Source: Acidimicrobiia bacterium (lineage in GTDB: Bacteria; Actinomycetota; Acidimicrobiia; Spongiisociales; UBA11373). Taken from it: a stretch of DNA of 64,000 nucleotides. The notes beneath the pieces were generated by a model. The model searched no databases and had not been told where the DNA came from. It saw only the letters and a list, made by a program, of their open reading frames with translations. The stretch spans positions 48,371-112,370 of the forward strand of contig JAWVYO010000001.1 in assembly GCA_033722675.1 (NCBI GenBank). The letters are read 5' to 3'. Shown in pieces: positions 31,971-41,981 of this stretch. Position numbers and translations under genes: made by a program. Each line of letters begins with the position of its first letter. The first letter of the stretch is position 1.

Positions 31971-32810
31971 GTGCGACGCACCGCCCTCCTCGTGCTCCTC
32001 GTCTCGCTCGTCGCCGCGGCGTGCGGCGGCGGGGACCCGACGTCGGGGACGAGCCCGTTCCCCGCCGACGCCTTCGCCTTCCCCGCCTCGAGCAACGTCG
32101 CCGTCGGGCCCGAACGCCTGCTCATCGCCGTCTCCGACGAGTCGGGGACGAGGCTGCCCTCGCCCGATGCGCCCGTCGAGGTCGTGCTCTACCCCGAGGA
32201 CCGCCGAGACGAGGCGCTCACCGTCGATGCCGACTTCGTCTGGGCGATTCCCGACGTGAGCGGCCTCTACAAGGTGAACGTCGTGTTCGACGAGCCGGGG
32301 ATCTGGGAGGCGGAGGTGCGGCCCGCCACCGGTCCGGGCCTCGAGCCCTTCCCCTTCCAGGTGCTCCCCGAGCCGCTGACGGTGGGGGTCGGCGAGCCGG
32401 CCCCGCGATCGGACACCTTCACCGCCGACGACGTCGACGACCTGTCGGAGATCACGACCGATCCCGACCCCGAACCCGACTTCTACGAGCTGAGCGTCGC
32501 CGAGGCCGTGACGTCGGGCCGCCCCAGCGTGATCGTGTTCGCCACCCCGGCCTTCTGCCAGACCGCGATCTGCGGGCCCACCATGGACTCGATGAAGGAA
32601 CTGGCCCCCCGATTCCCCGACGCGAACTTCCTCCATGTGGAGGTCTTCACGAATCTCGACGACCCCGAGAACCTGCAGACGGTGCCGGCGGTCGTCGAAT
32701 GGGGGCTCCCCACCGAGCCGTGGATCTTCGTCGTCGACGAGACGGGCACCGTCGTCGGCCGGTTCGAGGGCACGGTGACCGAGAGCGAGCTGGCCGACCT
32801 GCTGGGCTGA
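31971..32810 (+). CDS. lipoprotein with C-terminal thioredoxin-fold-like domain
   Basis: GTG start giving MRRTALLVLLVSLVAAACGG lipobox. C-terminal VIVFATPAFCQTAICGPT (Cx4C) resembles redoxin/SCO-like folds. Divergent from the malic enzyme, 60-bp spacer. Confidence 0.5.
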   Translation: MRRTALLVLLVSLVAAACGGGDPTSGTSPFPADAFAFPASSNVAVGPERLLIAVSDESGTRLPSPDAPVEVVLYPEDRRDEALTVDADFVWAIPDVSGLYKVNVVFDEPGIWEAEVRPATGPGLEPFPFQVLPEPLTVGVGEPAPRSDTFTADDVDDLSEITTDPDPEPDFYELSVAEAVTSGRPSVIVFATPAFCQTAICGPTMDSMKELAPRFPDANFLHVEVFTNLDDPENLQTVPAVVEWGLPTEPWIFVVDETGTVVGRFEGTVTESELADLLG

Positions 32811-32817
32811 GGCCCGC

Positions 32818-33717
32818 TCAGGGGTTCTCGACCCGGATGGGATCGTGGAAGAAGGTCCGGACGGTCGGGTAGGCGAGCTCCACGCTCGGCTCCGCCTCGA
32901 ACGCCCGCAGGATCGCCTTCCAGATGTCGGCTTCGGTGCCGCGGAGGCGCCGGGCGGGAACGAGCAAGCGCCCGGTGACGAGGACGCCGCTGTCCTTCAC
33001 CGTGACGTAGGTGGTCGGGGTGAGCGTCGAGTACCGGATCTGATACGCGCTGGCAGACGCCCGCAGCTCGCGCGCCACCTCGCCGGCCGCCATGTCGGGG
33101 GCGTGGGCCGTCAGCACCTCGGTCATGATCTCCTCCGCCCGCTCCCAGTCGGACTCGAAGGTCACGAGCACGGGGATCTCGTGCCAGAGGTACCCGAACG
33201 CCTCGGTGTAGTTGGCGAGGGCGTGGTTGAAGAGCAGCCCGTTGGGGATGTGGAGCAGCCGCCCCGTCGACTGGTCGGCCGCCACCCGTTCACCGGCGAT
33301 CTCGAGCACCGTGAACCGCAACGCCCGGATGTCGACGACGTCGCCGGCGTCGCCGTTCAGTTCGATCCGGTCGCCCAGGCGGAAGGGGCGCCGCAACACG
33401 ATGTATCCCCATCCGGCGAGGTTCTTCAGGACGTCGGCGAAGGCGATGGCGAGGCCGGCCGACAGGAACCCGATGTAGGTCACGAACCCGCTGCCCCGCA
33501 CCCACACGGTGGCGAGGACGACGAGGCCGACGACCGTCACCACGTAGGAGGTGAGCTTGCGGGCCCGGTACCACACCGTTGCGTCCTCGATCCGCCGGCG
33601 CACCAACCCGAGCACGACCAGCCGGAGTCCGGTGAGGACCACGATGAGGGCCCCGGTGATGACGAGCTGGGACTGCCAGGTCTCCAGGTTGAGGGCGTCG
33701 GCGAGGGAGTCGACCAT
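32818..33717 (-). CDS. mechanosensitive ion channel (MscS family)
   Basis: Three TM helices followed by MscS beta-domain (RPFRLGDRIELNGDAGDVVDIRALRFTVL). Start MVDSLADALN at 33717. Confidence 0.8.
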   Translation of the reverse strand: MVDSLADALNLETWQSQLVITGALIVVLTGLRLVVLGLVRRRIEDATVWYRARKLTSYVVTVVGLVVLATVWVRGSGFVTYIGFLSAGLAIAFADVLKNLAGWGYIVLRRPFRLGDRIELNGDAGDVVDIRALRFTVLEIAGERVAADQSTGRLLHIPNGLLFNHALANYTEAFGYLWHEIPVLVTFESDWERAEEIMTEVLTAHAPDMAAGEVARELRASASAYQIRYSTLTPTTYVTVKDSGVLVTGRLLVPARRLRGTEADIWKAILRAFEAEPSVELAYPTVRTFFHDPIRVENP

Positions 33718-33755
33718 CGCGCAGGAGCGTATCGACCGACGCCCCCGCACCCGTG

Positions 33756-34583
33756 TCAATCCGGCGGACGGCTCCCGTAGTCCCCGAACGGCTCGTCGCG
33801 CTCGCGCACGGCCGAGCGGACACCCTCGTGCATCGCCCGCTCCACCCACGCCGTTCCCTCGGGCGTGTGGCGGGCGATCCCGTCGAACAGCGTCCCGAGG
33901 AGCCGGCCCTGCTCGATCTGGTCCCGGACGGTCCGGTTCAGCATCAGCTTCATGAGCGCCAGCTGGTTGCGGGGCAGCCGGGCGATCCGCCCGGCGAGGT
34001 CCGCCGCCCGGTCGTCGAGCTCCCGAGCGGGCACGGCCTCGAGGATCAGCCCGGTGCGGGCGGCCTCGGACGCGGGGATCTCGTCCCCGGTCAACAGGTA
34101 TCGCTTCGCCTGCTCGAGCCCGAGGCGGTGGACCCACATCCCGGTGGTGGGGACGCCCCACACGCGCGCCGGCGGGTACCCGAACACCGCGTCGTCGGCG
34201 GCGAGCACGAGATCGGCACAGAGCACCATGTCGGTCCCGCCGCCCAGGCACCAGCCCTGGACGGCCGCCACGACCGGGATCGGGCCCTCGAAGAGCTTGA
34301 GGTAGGTGGCGACGAACGGCCCGATGATGCGGTGGTAGTCCAGGGTCGGGTCCCAGGCCTCCTCGGCGACGGTGGCGGAGACGCCCCAGTCGAGGTCGTA
34401 GCCGGCGCAGAACGCCGGACCCTCGGCACGCAGCAGGATGCAGTGGACGTCGTCGTCGGCGTGGGCGGCATCGAGTGCCTCGTCCAGTTCGAGCCGCACC
34501 TGCTCGGTGATCGTGTTGTAGGCGTCGACGCGGTCGAGGGTCAGCACCCGGACCCGTCCCTCGGTGGTGCTCCGTACGGCCAT
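33756..34583 (-). CDS. enoyl-CoA hydratase/isomerase (crotonase family)
   Basis: Oxyanion-hole segments (FCAGYDL; GWCLGGG). Confidence 0.85.
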   Translation of the reverse strand: MAVRSTTEGRVRVLTLDRVDAYNTITEQVRLELDEALDAAHADDDVHCILLRAEGPAFCAGYDLDWGVSATVAEEAWDPTLDYHRIIGPFVATYLKLFEGPIPVVAAVQGWCLGGGTDMVLCADLVLAADDAVFGYPPARVWGVPTTGMWVHRLGLEQAKRYLLTGDEIPASEAARTGLILEAVPARELDDRAADLAGRIARLPRNQLALMKLMLNRTVRDQIEQGRLLGTLFDGIARHTPEGTAWVERAMHEGVRSAVRERDEPFGDYGSRPPD

Positions 34584-34595
34584 GGTCCGAACCTC

Positions 34596-37295
34596 CTACT
34601 CGTAGGCGATCGCGTCGAGCACGTTCATCGACGCCCCGCGCCGGCCCGGCAGGATGGAGGCGACGACCCCGCCGACTGCGGCGGCGACCACGTACACCAC
34701 GAGACTCGTCACCGGGATGCGCAGCACGAGTCCCGACCCGATGGCCTCCACGACCGCCACGCCGAATCCGATGCCGACGACCACCCCGATGACGGCGCCG
34801 AATCCGGCGATGAGCAAGGCCTCCCAGCGGATCATCCGCCGCACCTGACGCCGGGTCATCCCCACCGCCCGCAGCAGGCCGATCTCCCGTTTGCGCTCCA
34901 TGATCGACAGCGCCATCGTGTTCGTGATCCCCAGCAGCGCGATCACGATCGCCATCGCGAGCAGTCCCGTGATCACGTTCAGGATCGCGTCGACCTGGCC
35001 GCCGATCCGCTCGACGTACTCCTCCTGGTCGTTGAGCTGGACGTTGGGGTATCGGTCGACGACCGCCTCGATCGCCGGTCGCGCCTCGACGGGTTCGAGG
35101 CCCGCCGCCACCTCGATCATGATCATCCGCCCCAGGCGCGTGGTGTAGAACTCCTCGAACGTCGACATGGAGATCATCACGTCGGTGCCGAAGAGCTCGG
35201 CGCCGTAGATGCCCGCCACCTCGAAGTCCTCCACCTGGCCGGTGGGGAACTCCATCCGGAAGGGGTCGCCGGGCGAGAGCCCCCGGTCCTCGGCGAAGTC
35301 GGAGAACAGGAGCACGGTCCGGTCGCCGAGCGCGTCGAACGATCCGCCCTGCATCTCGAGACGGACCATGCGATCGAGGAACTCGTCGACACCGATGAGG
35401 AAGTCCTCGTCGAGGGTCTCGGGGTCGCGCCACAGGCTGAGACGGAACGTCGACGCCGCGCCCACCTCGGGCAGCTCCCGCAGGTCGGCGAGGAGGTCGG
35501 GACTCGTGCCCGTCTGGGTGGGGTCGCCGAAGCCCGACGCCTCAACCTGGAAGTCGGCCAGGACCTCGTTGCCGATCGCTTCGGTGATGCCCGCCTTGGC
35601 CGACGCGGCGAGGATCGCGATGAGGCTGACCAGCGCCACGCCGATCGTGAGCGCCGATGCGGTCGATGCCATCCGCCGCGGCTGGCGCATCGCGTTCTCA
35701 CGCGTGATCCGTCCCACCGCCCGGAACGTCGCCCGGTCGCGCCAGGCCTCGCGCAGGTTGAATGCGGCACCGGCCACGAACACGAGGGCGGCCGCGATCG
35801 GCCCCACCGGACCGGCCCAGAAGAGGACACCGGCGACGACGGCTGCTCCGAGGGCGGGGATCATCAGCCCGTAGGAGACCTCCATGATCCCCCACGACCG
35901 GTCCCTCCCGACGAGGCGGGTGAACGCCCGCGCGAAGAGGGGCGCCACGATCGACACGCCGATGAAGGTGATGGCGGCCCCGGCCCCCGTCAGGGCGAGG
36001 GCGTTCGACGAGCCGCCGAAGAGACCGACGAGGAGCAGGACGGCGCCCACGGTCAGGACCACGAGGCCACCGATGATCCGACCCCGCAGCGACTTCGGCC
36101 CGGAGCCGGCCACGTCGCGCATGGCGGCGACCGGCGGGACGCGCGAGGCCTTGAAGGCCGGCAAGGCGGCGAAGACCACGGTGAAGCCGACGCCCACGAG
36201 CATGGCGACGACGATCGTCCGGGCCCTGACGGTGAGCGGACCATCGGGGAACCCGAAGCCGAGGGCGCCGAACAGCGCCTCGAGGGTGACCGCCAGGCCG
36301 ATGCCGGTCGCGATCCCGAGCAGTGACGCGGCCAGGCCGACGATGAGCGACTCGACGACGACCATCCGGGTGACCTGCCCGCCCGTCGCGCCGACGGCGC
36401 GCAGCATCGCGAGTTCCCGGGTCCGCTGACCCACGATGATCCGGAACGTGTTGAGGATGATGAAGCCGCCGACGAACACGGCGGTCAGCGCGAAGGCGAG
36501 GAGGACGTTGTTGAAGAACCCCACGCCCTCGTCCACCTGCTCCTGGCCCTCGGCGATCTCGGTCTCGCCGGTGATCACCTCGGCGCCCTCGGGGAGGATC
36601 GCCTCGATCGCCGCTGCCACGGTGTCCCGGTCCGCTTCCTCGTCGACGACGATCGAGATCTGGGTGACGGCGTCCGGGAAGCCGAGCACCTCCTGGGCGG
36701 TCTCGAGGTCGAAGGCCGTGATGGTGGCACCGAGGAGGTTGTCGGCGTCCCCGAATCCCACCACGCCCACGATCTCGAAGGTGTCGGTGCCGTTGACGAC
36801 GATCACCTGCACGCGGTCGCCCACCGAGAAGCCGTTGGCCTCCGCCGAGAAGGCATCGACGACGATCTCACCCGGTCCCGACGGAGGCCGGCCGAAGCGG
36901 AGTTCGAGGGGCGACACCTCCTCGGCGCCCTCCACCCAGGAGAAGCCGAAGGTCGGCGGTCCGTTGCCGCCGATCGGTTCGCCGTCGGGTCCGATGAGCT
37001 GGGCGTAGCCCTGGACGAAGGGCACGGCGCTCGCCACGCCCGCCACGCCCTCGACGTCGTCGAGGAGGGTCTCGGGGATCGATCCGACCTCCAGGGCGAA
37101 GTCGAACTCGGTCTCCGCCCGGACGACGAGATCGACCTCCAACTCCTGGCGGAAGAGCGTGTCGAAGGCGGCCTTGAGGCTGTCGGTGAACACGTAGGCG
37201 CCCGACACGAAGGCGACCCCGAGCACGATGGCCAGCGCGGTGAGGGCGAGCCTCCCCTTGTGGGCGAGCACCCCCTTCCACGACAGCTTCAGCAC
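34596..37295 (-). CDS. ABC transporter permease, duplicated FtsX/MacB-type
   Basis: 899 aa, two FtsX 4-TM modules each preceded by a large periplasmic domain. Confidence 0.8.
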   Translation of the reverse strand: MLKLSWKGVLAHKGRLALTALAIVLGVAFVSGAYVFTDSLKAAFDTLFRQELEVDLVVRAETEFDFALEVGSIPETLLDDVEGVAGVASAVPFVQGYAQLIGPDGEPIGGNGPPTFGFSWVEGAEEVSPLELRFGRPPSGPGEIVVDAFSAEANGFSVGDRVQVIVVNGTDTFEIVGVVGFGDADNLLGATITAFDLETAQEVLGFPDAVTQISIVVDEEADRDTVAAAIEAILPEGAEVITGETEIAEGQEQVDEGVGFFNNVLLAFALTAVFVGGFIILNTFRIIVGQRTRELAMLRAVGATGGQVTRMVVVESLIVGLAASLLGIATGIGLAVTLEALFGALGFGFPDGPLTVRARTIVVAMLVGVGFTVVFAALPAFKASRVPPVAAMRDVAGSGPKSLRGRIIGGLVVLTVGAVLLLVGLFGGSSNALALTGAGAAITFIGVSIVAPLFARAFTRLVGRDRSWGIMEVSYGLMIPALGAAVVAGVLFWAGPVGPIAAALVFVAGAAFNLREAWRDRATFRAVGRITRENAMRQPRRMASTASALTIGVALVSLIAILAASAKAGITEAIGNEVLADFQVEASGFGDPTQTGTSPDLLADLRELPEVGAASTFRLSLWRDPETLDEDFLIGVDEFLDRMVRLEMQGGSFDALGDRTVLLFSDFAEDRGLSPGDPFRMEFPTGQVEDFEVAGIYGAELFGTDVMISMSTFEEFYTTRLGRMIMIEVAAGLEPVEARPAIEAVVDRYPNVQLNDQEEYVERIGGQVDAILNVITGLLAMAIVIALLGITNTMALSIMERKREIGLLRAVGMTRRQVRRMIRWEALLIAGFGAVIGVVVGIGFGVAVVEAIGSGLVLRIPVTSLVVYVVAAAVGGVVASILPGRRGASMNVLDAIAYE

Positions 37296-37305
37296 CGGGC
37301 CCTCC

Positions 37306-38037
37306 TCAGCCCCCGAGCGACTTCATGCGCTCGAGGATGCGGTCGACCGTCGGCCCCTCCATCTCGTCGACGCGCCGTCCGTCGGCGAGGAACACGATGC
37401 GATCGGCCTGCGCGGCGGCCACCGGGTCGTGGGTCACCATCACGATGGTCTGGCCGAAGTCGTCGACGGCGCGCCGCATGAAGCGGAGGACCTCGGCGCC
37501 GGAGGTGGAGTCGAGGTTCCCGGTCGGCTCGTCGGCGAACACGATCTCGGGCCGCGACGCCAGGGCCCGCGCCGCGGCCACCCGCTGCTGCTGACCGCCC
37601 GACAGCTCGGAGGGTTTGTGGTTCAACCGGTCGCCGAGACCCATCACGTCGACGACCTGGCGGAACCATGCGTCGTCCACCGACCGCCCGGCGATGTCGA
37701 TGGGGAGCGTGATGTTCTCCGACGCGGTGAGGGTGGGCAGGAGGTTGAAGGCCTGGAAGACGAAACCGACCTTCTCCCGACGCAACAGGGTGAGGGCCTT
37801 CTCGTCGAGATCCGACAGCCGCACCTCGCCGATGTGGACCTCGCCCGAGGTCAGGACGTCGAGCCCCGCCACGCAGTGCAGCAGCGTCGACTTCCCCGAG
37901 CCGGACGGACCCATGATCGCCGTGAACCGGCCGCGAGCGAACCCGGCGGACACGTCGTCGAGGGCGCGCACCTCGGTGAGACCCGAGCCGTACACCTTCG
38001 TCGCATGGGTGACCCGGGCCGCGACCTCACTCGTCAT
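37306..38037 (-). CDS. ABC transporter ATP-binding protein (MacB/LolD-like)
   Basis: [31 protein letters not shown]. Confidence 0.85.
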   Translation of the reverse strand: MTSEVAARVTHATKVYGSGLTEVRALDDVSAGFARGRFTAIMGPSGSGKSTLLHCVAGLDVLTSGEVHIGEVRLSDLDEKALTLLRREKVGFVFQAFNLLPTLTASENITLPIDIAGRSVDDAWFRQVVDVMGLGDRLNHKPSELSGGQQQRVAAARALASRPEIVFADEPTGNLDSTSGAEVLRFMRRAVDDFGQTIVMVTHDPVAAAQADRIVFLADGRRVDEMEGPTVDRILERMKSLGG

Positions 38038-38287
38038 CGTCGGCGCCCTCGCGTCGCTCGACGCGAATGGTGCAGTTCGTCACGACGGCGGCGATGGCCC
38101 CGACGGCCGCCCAGACCGGGAGCAGCACGGCACCCACGACGCCGACCGTCACCGGGATCTCGACCAGGGTCCGCCCCTCCTCGTTGTCGATGACGATCCG
38201 GCGGACGTTGCCCTCGCGGACGAGTTCCTTCAGCTTCCCGAGCAACTCCTCGCCACGTACCTCGAACTCCTCGGACCGTTCGCCCAC
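38027..38287 (-). CDS. DUF4342 domain protein
   Basis: GTG start 6 nt after AGGAGG. The conserved core (EELLGKLKELVREGNVRRIVIDNEEGRTLVEIPVTVGVVGA) matches DUF4342. Overlaps the ATPase start by 11 nt. Confidence 0.6.
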   Translation of the reverse strand: MGERSEEFEVRGEELLGKLKELVREGNVRRIVIDNEEGRTLVEIPVTVGVVGAVLLPVWAAVGAIAAVVTNCTIRVERREGADDDE

Positions 38288-38384
38288 GGTGGACTCCTCC
38301 TGAATGCGGTCTCCGTAGTCCACCCCTCGTGCGATCGCAACGCAAGCCGGGAAGGAGCGCACCTTCTCCGGCGTTCGACGGGAT

Positions 38385-39161
38385 GTGAGCGGCCCGAACC
38401 CCCTCGTCGTGTTCCTGTCCATCCTGCGCGCCCGACGCCTCCGTGCCCCCGACCCCGCGGGCACGGGCCGGTACGAACACGGGGACCTCGCACCGGTGCT
38501 GGCGGCGGTCGCCGACCGGGGTGTCGCCGGCCTGTCCGGCCGCGCCGGCGAGCTCGCCGCCATCGTGGACCGGCGCGCCGCCGTGGACCCCGACACGCTC
38601 GGCCGCGACGAGGCGCTGGCGTTCTGGCTCAACCTCTACAACGCCGGGGCCCTGGACGCCGCACGCCGGGCCTTCGAGACCGGCGAGACCTCGGTCCTCG
38701 GGGTGCCCGGCGCCTTCGACGAGGCATTCGTCGAGGTGGCCGGGGAGTCGCTCACCCTGGATGGGATCGAGCACGGCAAGATCCGCCGGTTCGGCGACCC
38801 CCGCATCCACGGCGCCCTCGTGTGCGGCTCGGTGTCGTGCCCGACGCTGCGGCGCGAGCCCTACGAAGCCGCCCGCCTCGACGCCCAGCTCGACGCCCAG
38901 CTCCGATCCTTCCTCGCCCATGGCGGGGCCGACGACGACCGGGAGCTCGGCGTCCTCCGGCTGTCGCGGGTCTTCCTCTGGTACGGCGCCGACTTCACCC
39001 GACCCCGACGCATGCCGACGCTGCTGCCGACCACGAAACGCCGGCTCCGGGACGCGCTCACCCCGTGGCTGCCCGCCCCGATGCGCGGCTGGGTGGGCGC
39101 GGTGGCCCCGAAGGTCGAGTATCTCCCCTACGACTGGGGCCTCGGCTGCAGCGTCCGTTGA
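38385..39161 (+). CDS. DUF547 domain protein
   Basis: DUF547 signature (FWLNLYNA...CGSVSCP). GTG start. Confidence 0.65.
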   Translation: MSGPNPLVVFLSILRARRLRAPDPAGTGRYEHGDLAPVLAAVADRGVAGLSGRAGELAAIVDRRAAVDPDTLGRDEALAFWLNLYNAGALDAARRAFETGETSVLGVPGAFDEAFVEVAGESLTLDGIEHGKIRRFGDPRIHGALVCGSVSCPTLRREPYEAARLDAQLDAQLRSFLAHGGADDDRELGVLRLSRVFLWYGADFTRPRRMPTLLPTTKRRLRDALTPWLPAPMRGWVGAVAPKVEYLPYDWGLGCSVR

Positions 39162-39162
39162 G

Positions 39163-39513
39163 TCAGTACCGTCGCACGACGTAGTAGCGCCGACCGCCGA
39201 CGATCGCCGAGAGCAGCAGCGCGACGACGAGCAGCAGCCCGAGGGAGAACCCCACGGCATACCCCGAGCCGTCCCGGTCGCTCTCGTAGACGGTGACATC
39301 GTCGGAGAACAGCGACGCCAGGCCGGTGACGGGCGAGATGAACCCGTCCACGAACCCGTCGAGGAACCCCTCCGCCTCGGCCTCGCTCGTCTGTCCGCCG
39401 GAGTCGACGCCCACGTCCACCTCGAGACCGCCGTCCGACTCCTCGGAGCAACCCGCGACGGCCATCACGAGCGCCAGTACGACGATCACGCCGCGCCACG
39501 GTCGCTGGACCAT
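39163..39513 (-). CDS. small hypothetical lipoprotein with C-terminal TM anchor
   Basis: MVQRPWRGVIVVLALVMAVAGCSEE lipobox, acidic middle, C-terminal TM helix. Weakly supported. Confidence 0.4.
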   Translation of the reverse strand: MVQRPWRGVIVVLALVMAVAGCSEESDGGLEVDVGVDSGGQTSEAEAEGFLDGFVDGFISPVTGLASLFSDDVTVYESDRDGSGYAVGFSLGLLLVVALLLSAIVGGRRYYVVRRY

Positions 39514-39565
39514 GATTTCCTCCCCGTGTCGATGGTCCCTCACCCGTACCCGCTCCGGAGACGGT

Positions 39566-40174
39566 TCAGACCCGGCGGCGCACGCCGACCGTGAAGGCGG
39601 CGACGGCGAGGACGGCCGCCATGACGTCGAAGGGCAGGATCAGCCGGGCGATCTCGCCGCCGTCCACGAGCCAGCCCCCCTCCGCCGTGAAACCCGCCGT
39701 GTTCAGGTAGTTCCAGATCGACCAGACGCACACCGCACCCATGGCGAGGCCGCCGACCGCCGCCACCCCGGGACCGCGCCACCACCGCAGGCCGACGAAG
39801 AACGCCGCCACCACCCAGGCGATGTCGAGGGCCGACAGCACCTGCAGGAACTGCAGCGACGGGGCGAACCGCAGCGCCGCTCCGGTGGCGAGGGTGACGA
39901 GTCCCGTCGCCCCGGCCACGAGGACCACGAGCCAGCCGCCTGCGGCGGCCCGACGCGCCGTCGACCCCAGTCGCGACCCGGCGAACCACGAGGCGTCGGT
40001 CAGCGGCGCCAGATGGGCGACGAGACCGAGTGAGAAGCCGGTGAGCAGCACCAGGTGCACGACGAAGGTGAGCAGCGGATCGTCGGGCTCGGGGACCACG
40101 AGGGCGGGCACCGCCGCGGCGGCCCCGGCCGTCATCCACAGCGTCGTCCGGATCGCCGCGGTCTCGGCCGGCAC
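39566..40174 (-). CDS. hypothetical integral membrane protein
   Basis: Six predicted TM helices. 20 nt downstream of the methyltransferase gene. Confidence 0.45.
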   Translation of the reverse strand: MPAETAAIRTTLWMTAGAAAAVPALVVPEPDDPLLTFVVHLVLLTGFSLGLVAHLAPLTDASWFAGSRLGSTARRAAAGGWLVVLVAGATGLVTLATGAALRFAPSLQFLQVLSALDIAWVVAAFFVGLRWWRGPGVAAVGGLAMGAVCVWSIWNYLNTAGFTAEGGWLVDGGEIARLILPFDVMAAVLAVAAFTVGVRRRV

Positions 40175-40194
40175 GGTGCGGTCGGTGGGGTCGG

Positions 40195-40986
40195 CTATTC
40201 GACGGCCTCTCGAGCCGCGGCGACCCGCTCCTCGGCCAGGGCGATGTAGTCGGGCTCGACCTCGTAGCCGACGTAGTGCCGGCCGGACTCGACCGCGGCG
40301 ACGGCCGTGGACCCCGAGCCCATGAACGGATCGAGGACGAGGTCGCCGGCGAACGTGTAGAGCTCGACGAGACGGCGCGGCAGCGCGACCGGGAAGGGAG
40401 CGGGATGACCGACACGGCGTGCCGACTCCGAGGGGATCGTCCAGACGGACACGGTGGCGTCGAGGAAGTCCTCCTTGGTGATCGTGTCCTCACCGATGCG
40501 GGTGCGGCGGAACGTGCCCTTCGATGCCACGATCACGTACTCGTGGACGTCGCGCAGCGTCGGGTTCTTGGCCGACCGCCACGACCCCCAGGCGCACGAT
40601 CCCCCCGCTCCGGCGGCCTTCTGCCAGACGATCTCGCCGCGGAGGAGGAACCCCAGTCCCTCCAGCATGGCCGCCACCCGGTGGTTCAGGGCGAGGTAGG
40701 GCTTGCGGCCCAGGTTGGCGACGTTCACCGCCACCCGCCCGCCGGGTTCGAGCACCCGGTACGTCTCGGCGAGCACCCGCTCGAGGAGGCCCAGGTACTC
40801 GTCCAGCGACAGGTCGTGGTCGTAGTCCTTGCCGACGTTGTAGGGCGGTGACGTGACCATGAGGGCCACGCAGTCGTCGGGGAGATGAGTCATCGCCTCC
40901 GAGGACGCGCAGAAGATCCGGTCGAGGATCTCGGCGGGCGGCTCGACGGGCTCGCCGACCTGGGCGGAGCGGACGGGCGCCATCAT
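40195..40986 (-). CDS. site-specific DNA methyltransferase, beta-class (N4-cytosine or N6-adenine)
   Basis: Motif IV SPPY near the N-terminus (DCVALMVTSPPYN) and motif I FxGxG near the C-terminus (LDPFMGSGSTAVAA), i.e. beta-class order. Start at MMAPVRS (40986). No restriction endonuclease gene adjacent. Confidence 0.8.
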   Translation of the reverse strand: MMAPVRSAQVGEPVEPPAEILDRIFCASSEAMTHLPDDCVALMVTSPPYNVGKDYDHDLSLDEYLGLLERVLAETYRVLEPGGRVAVNVANLGRKPYLALNHRVAAMLEGLGFLLRGEIVWQKAAGAGGSCAWGSWRSAKNPTLRDVHEYVIVASKGTFRRTRIGEDTITKEDFLDATVSVWTIPSESARRVGHPAPFPVALPRRLVELYTFAGDLVLDPFMGSGSTAVAAVESGRHYVGYEVEPDYIALAEERVAAAREAVE

Positions 40987-41171
40987 CCGCCGTCCATAGA
41001 ACGACGTCGAGTCGTGACTCTCGCGTTTGCCCGCGCCGAAGCTGGCCGTCTCCGTCGAGATGGTGCCCTCCAGGATCCTGGCGGCCACGGTAGCCCGGTT
41101 ATCCACAGGGACGACGGCAATCTCGCGCCGCGGGCGGTGATGGACGCGCGCTGCGTGGCGGCCGGCGGGGA

Positions 41172-41981
41172 TCAGCGGTCGGCGCGGTACGAGCCGAGGT
41201 GGTGGAAGTCGGCGACGGTGGCGAGCGGGGGCTCGAGCACCGCCTCGAGCCCGGCGGGACCCGGCAGGTGCAGGAGGTCGACGAAGAACCGGTACGACCA
41301 CGCCAGCCCGCTCGGACGGGACTCGATGCGGGTGAGGTTCGCGCCTCGCAGGCCGAGCTCGGTGAGCGCGAGGGCGAGCGCACCCGGACGGTGCTGGGTC
41401 TGGAAGGCGACGGAGCTCTTGTCGGCGTCGTCGGGGACGACCGGGTCACCGGGGGCGAGCACGACGAACCGCGTCGTGTTGTGCTCACGGTCCACGACGT
41501 CCTCCATCAGCACCACGAGGCCGTGGGACCGGGCGGCGCCGGGGGGCGCGAGCGCCGCCTCGGCGGGATCCCCGTGGGCCGCCACCTCCCGGACGGCCCC
41601 GGCGGTGTCGTGGGCCGGGACCGGCGCCCAACCGTTCGCGGTGAGCATCGACTCGGCCTGGGCGAGGGCCTCGGGGTGCGAGCGGACGCGCTGGACGTCG
41701 GCGAGTTCGGCGCCCGGTACGCCGACGAGGGCATGGCGGACCTCCACCCGGTGCTCGGCCACGATCGAGGCAGGGGCGTCGACGAGCCGGTCGAGCACCG
41801 GGAGCACCGAGCCGGTCGTCGAGTTCTCGATCGGGAGGACGAGTCGATCGACGGCGCCCCCGGCGAGCGCGGCGAAGGCGCCGGCGAAGGTCGGGAGCCC
41901 GAGGGCCTCGGCGTCGCCGAACAACTCCCCGACGGCGCGATGGCTGTACGACTGCGCCTCTCCCTGGTATCCGACTCGCAT
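41172..41981 (-). CDS. pheA: prephenate dehydratase
   Basis: PDT catalytic domain (ENSTTGSV) and C-terminal ACT domain (ESRPS...) matching the ESRP motif. Start MRVGYQGE at 41981. Confidence 0.8.
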   Translation of the reverse strand: MRVGYQGEAQSYSHRAVGELFGDAEALGLPTFAGAFAALAGGAVDRLVLPIENSTTGSVLPVLDRLVDAPASIVAEHRVEVRHALVGVPGAELADVQRVRSHPEALAQAESMLTANGWAPVPAHDTAGAVREVAAHGDPAEAALAPPGAARSHGLVVLMEDVVDREHNTTRFVVLAPGDPVVPDDADKSSVAFQTQHRPGALALALTELGLRGANLTRIESRPSGLAWSYRFFVDLLHLPGPAGLEAVLEPPLATVADFHHLGSYRADR

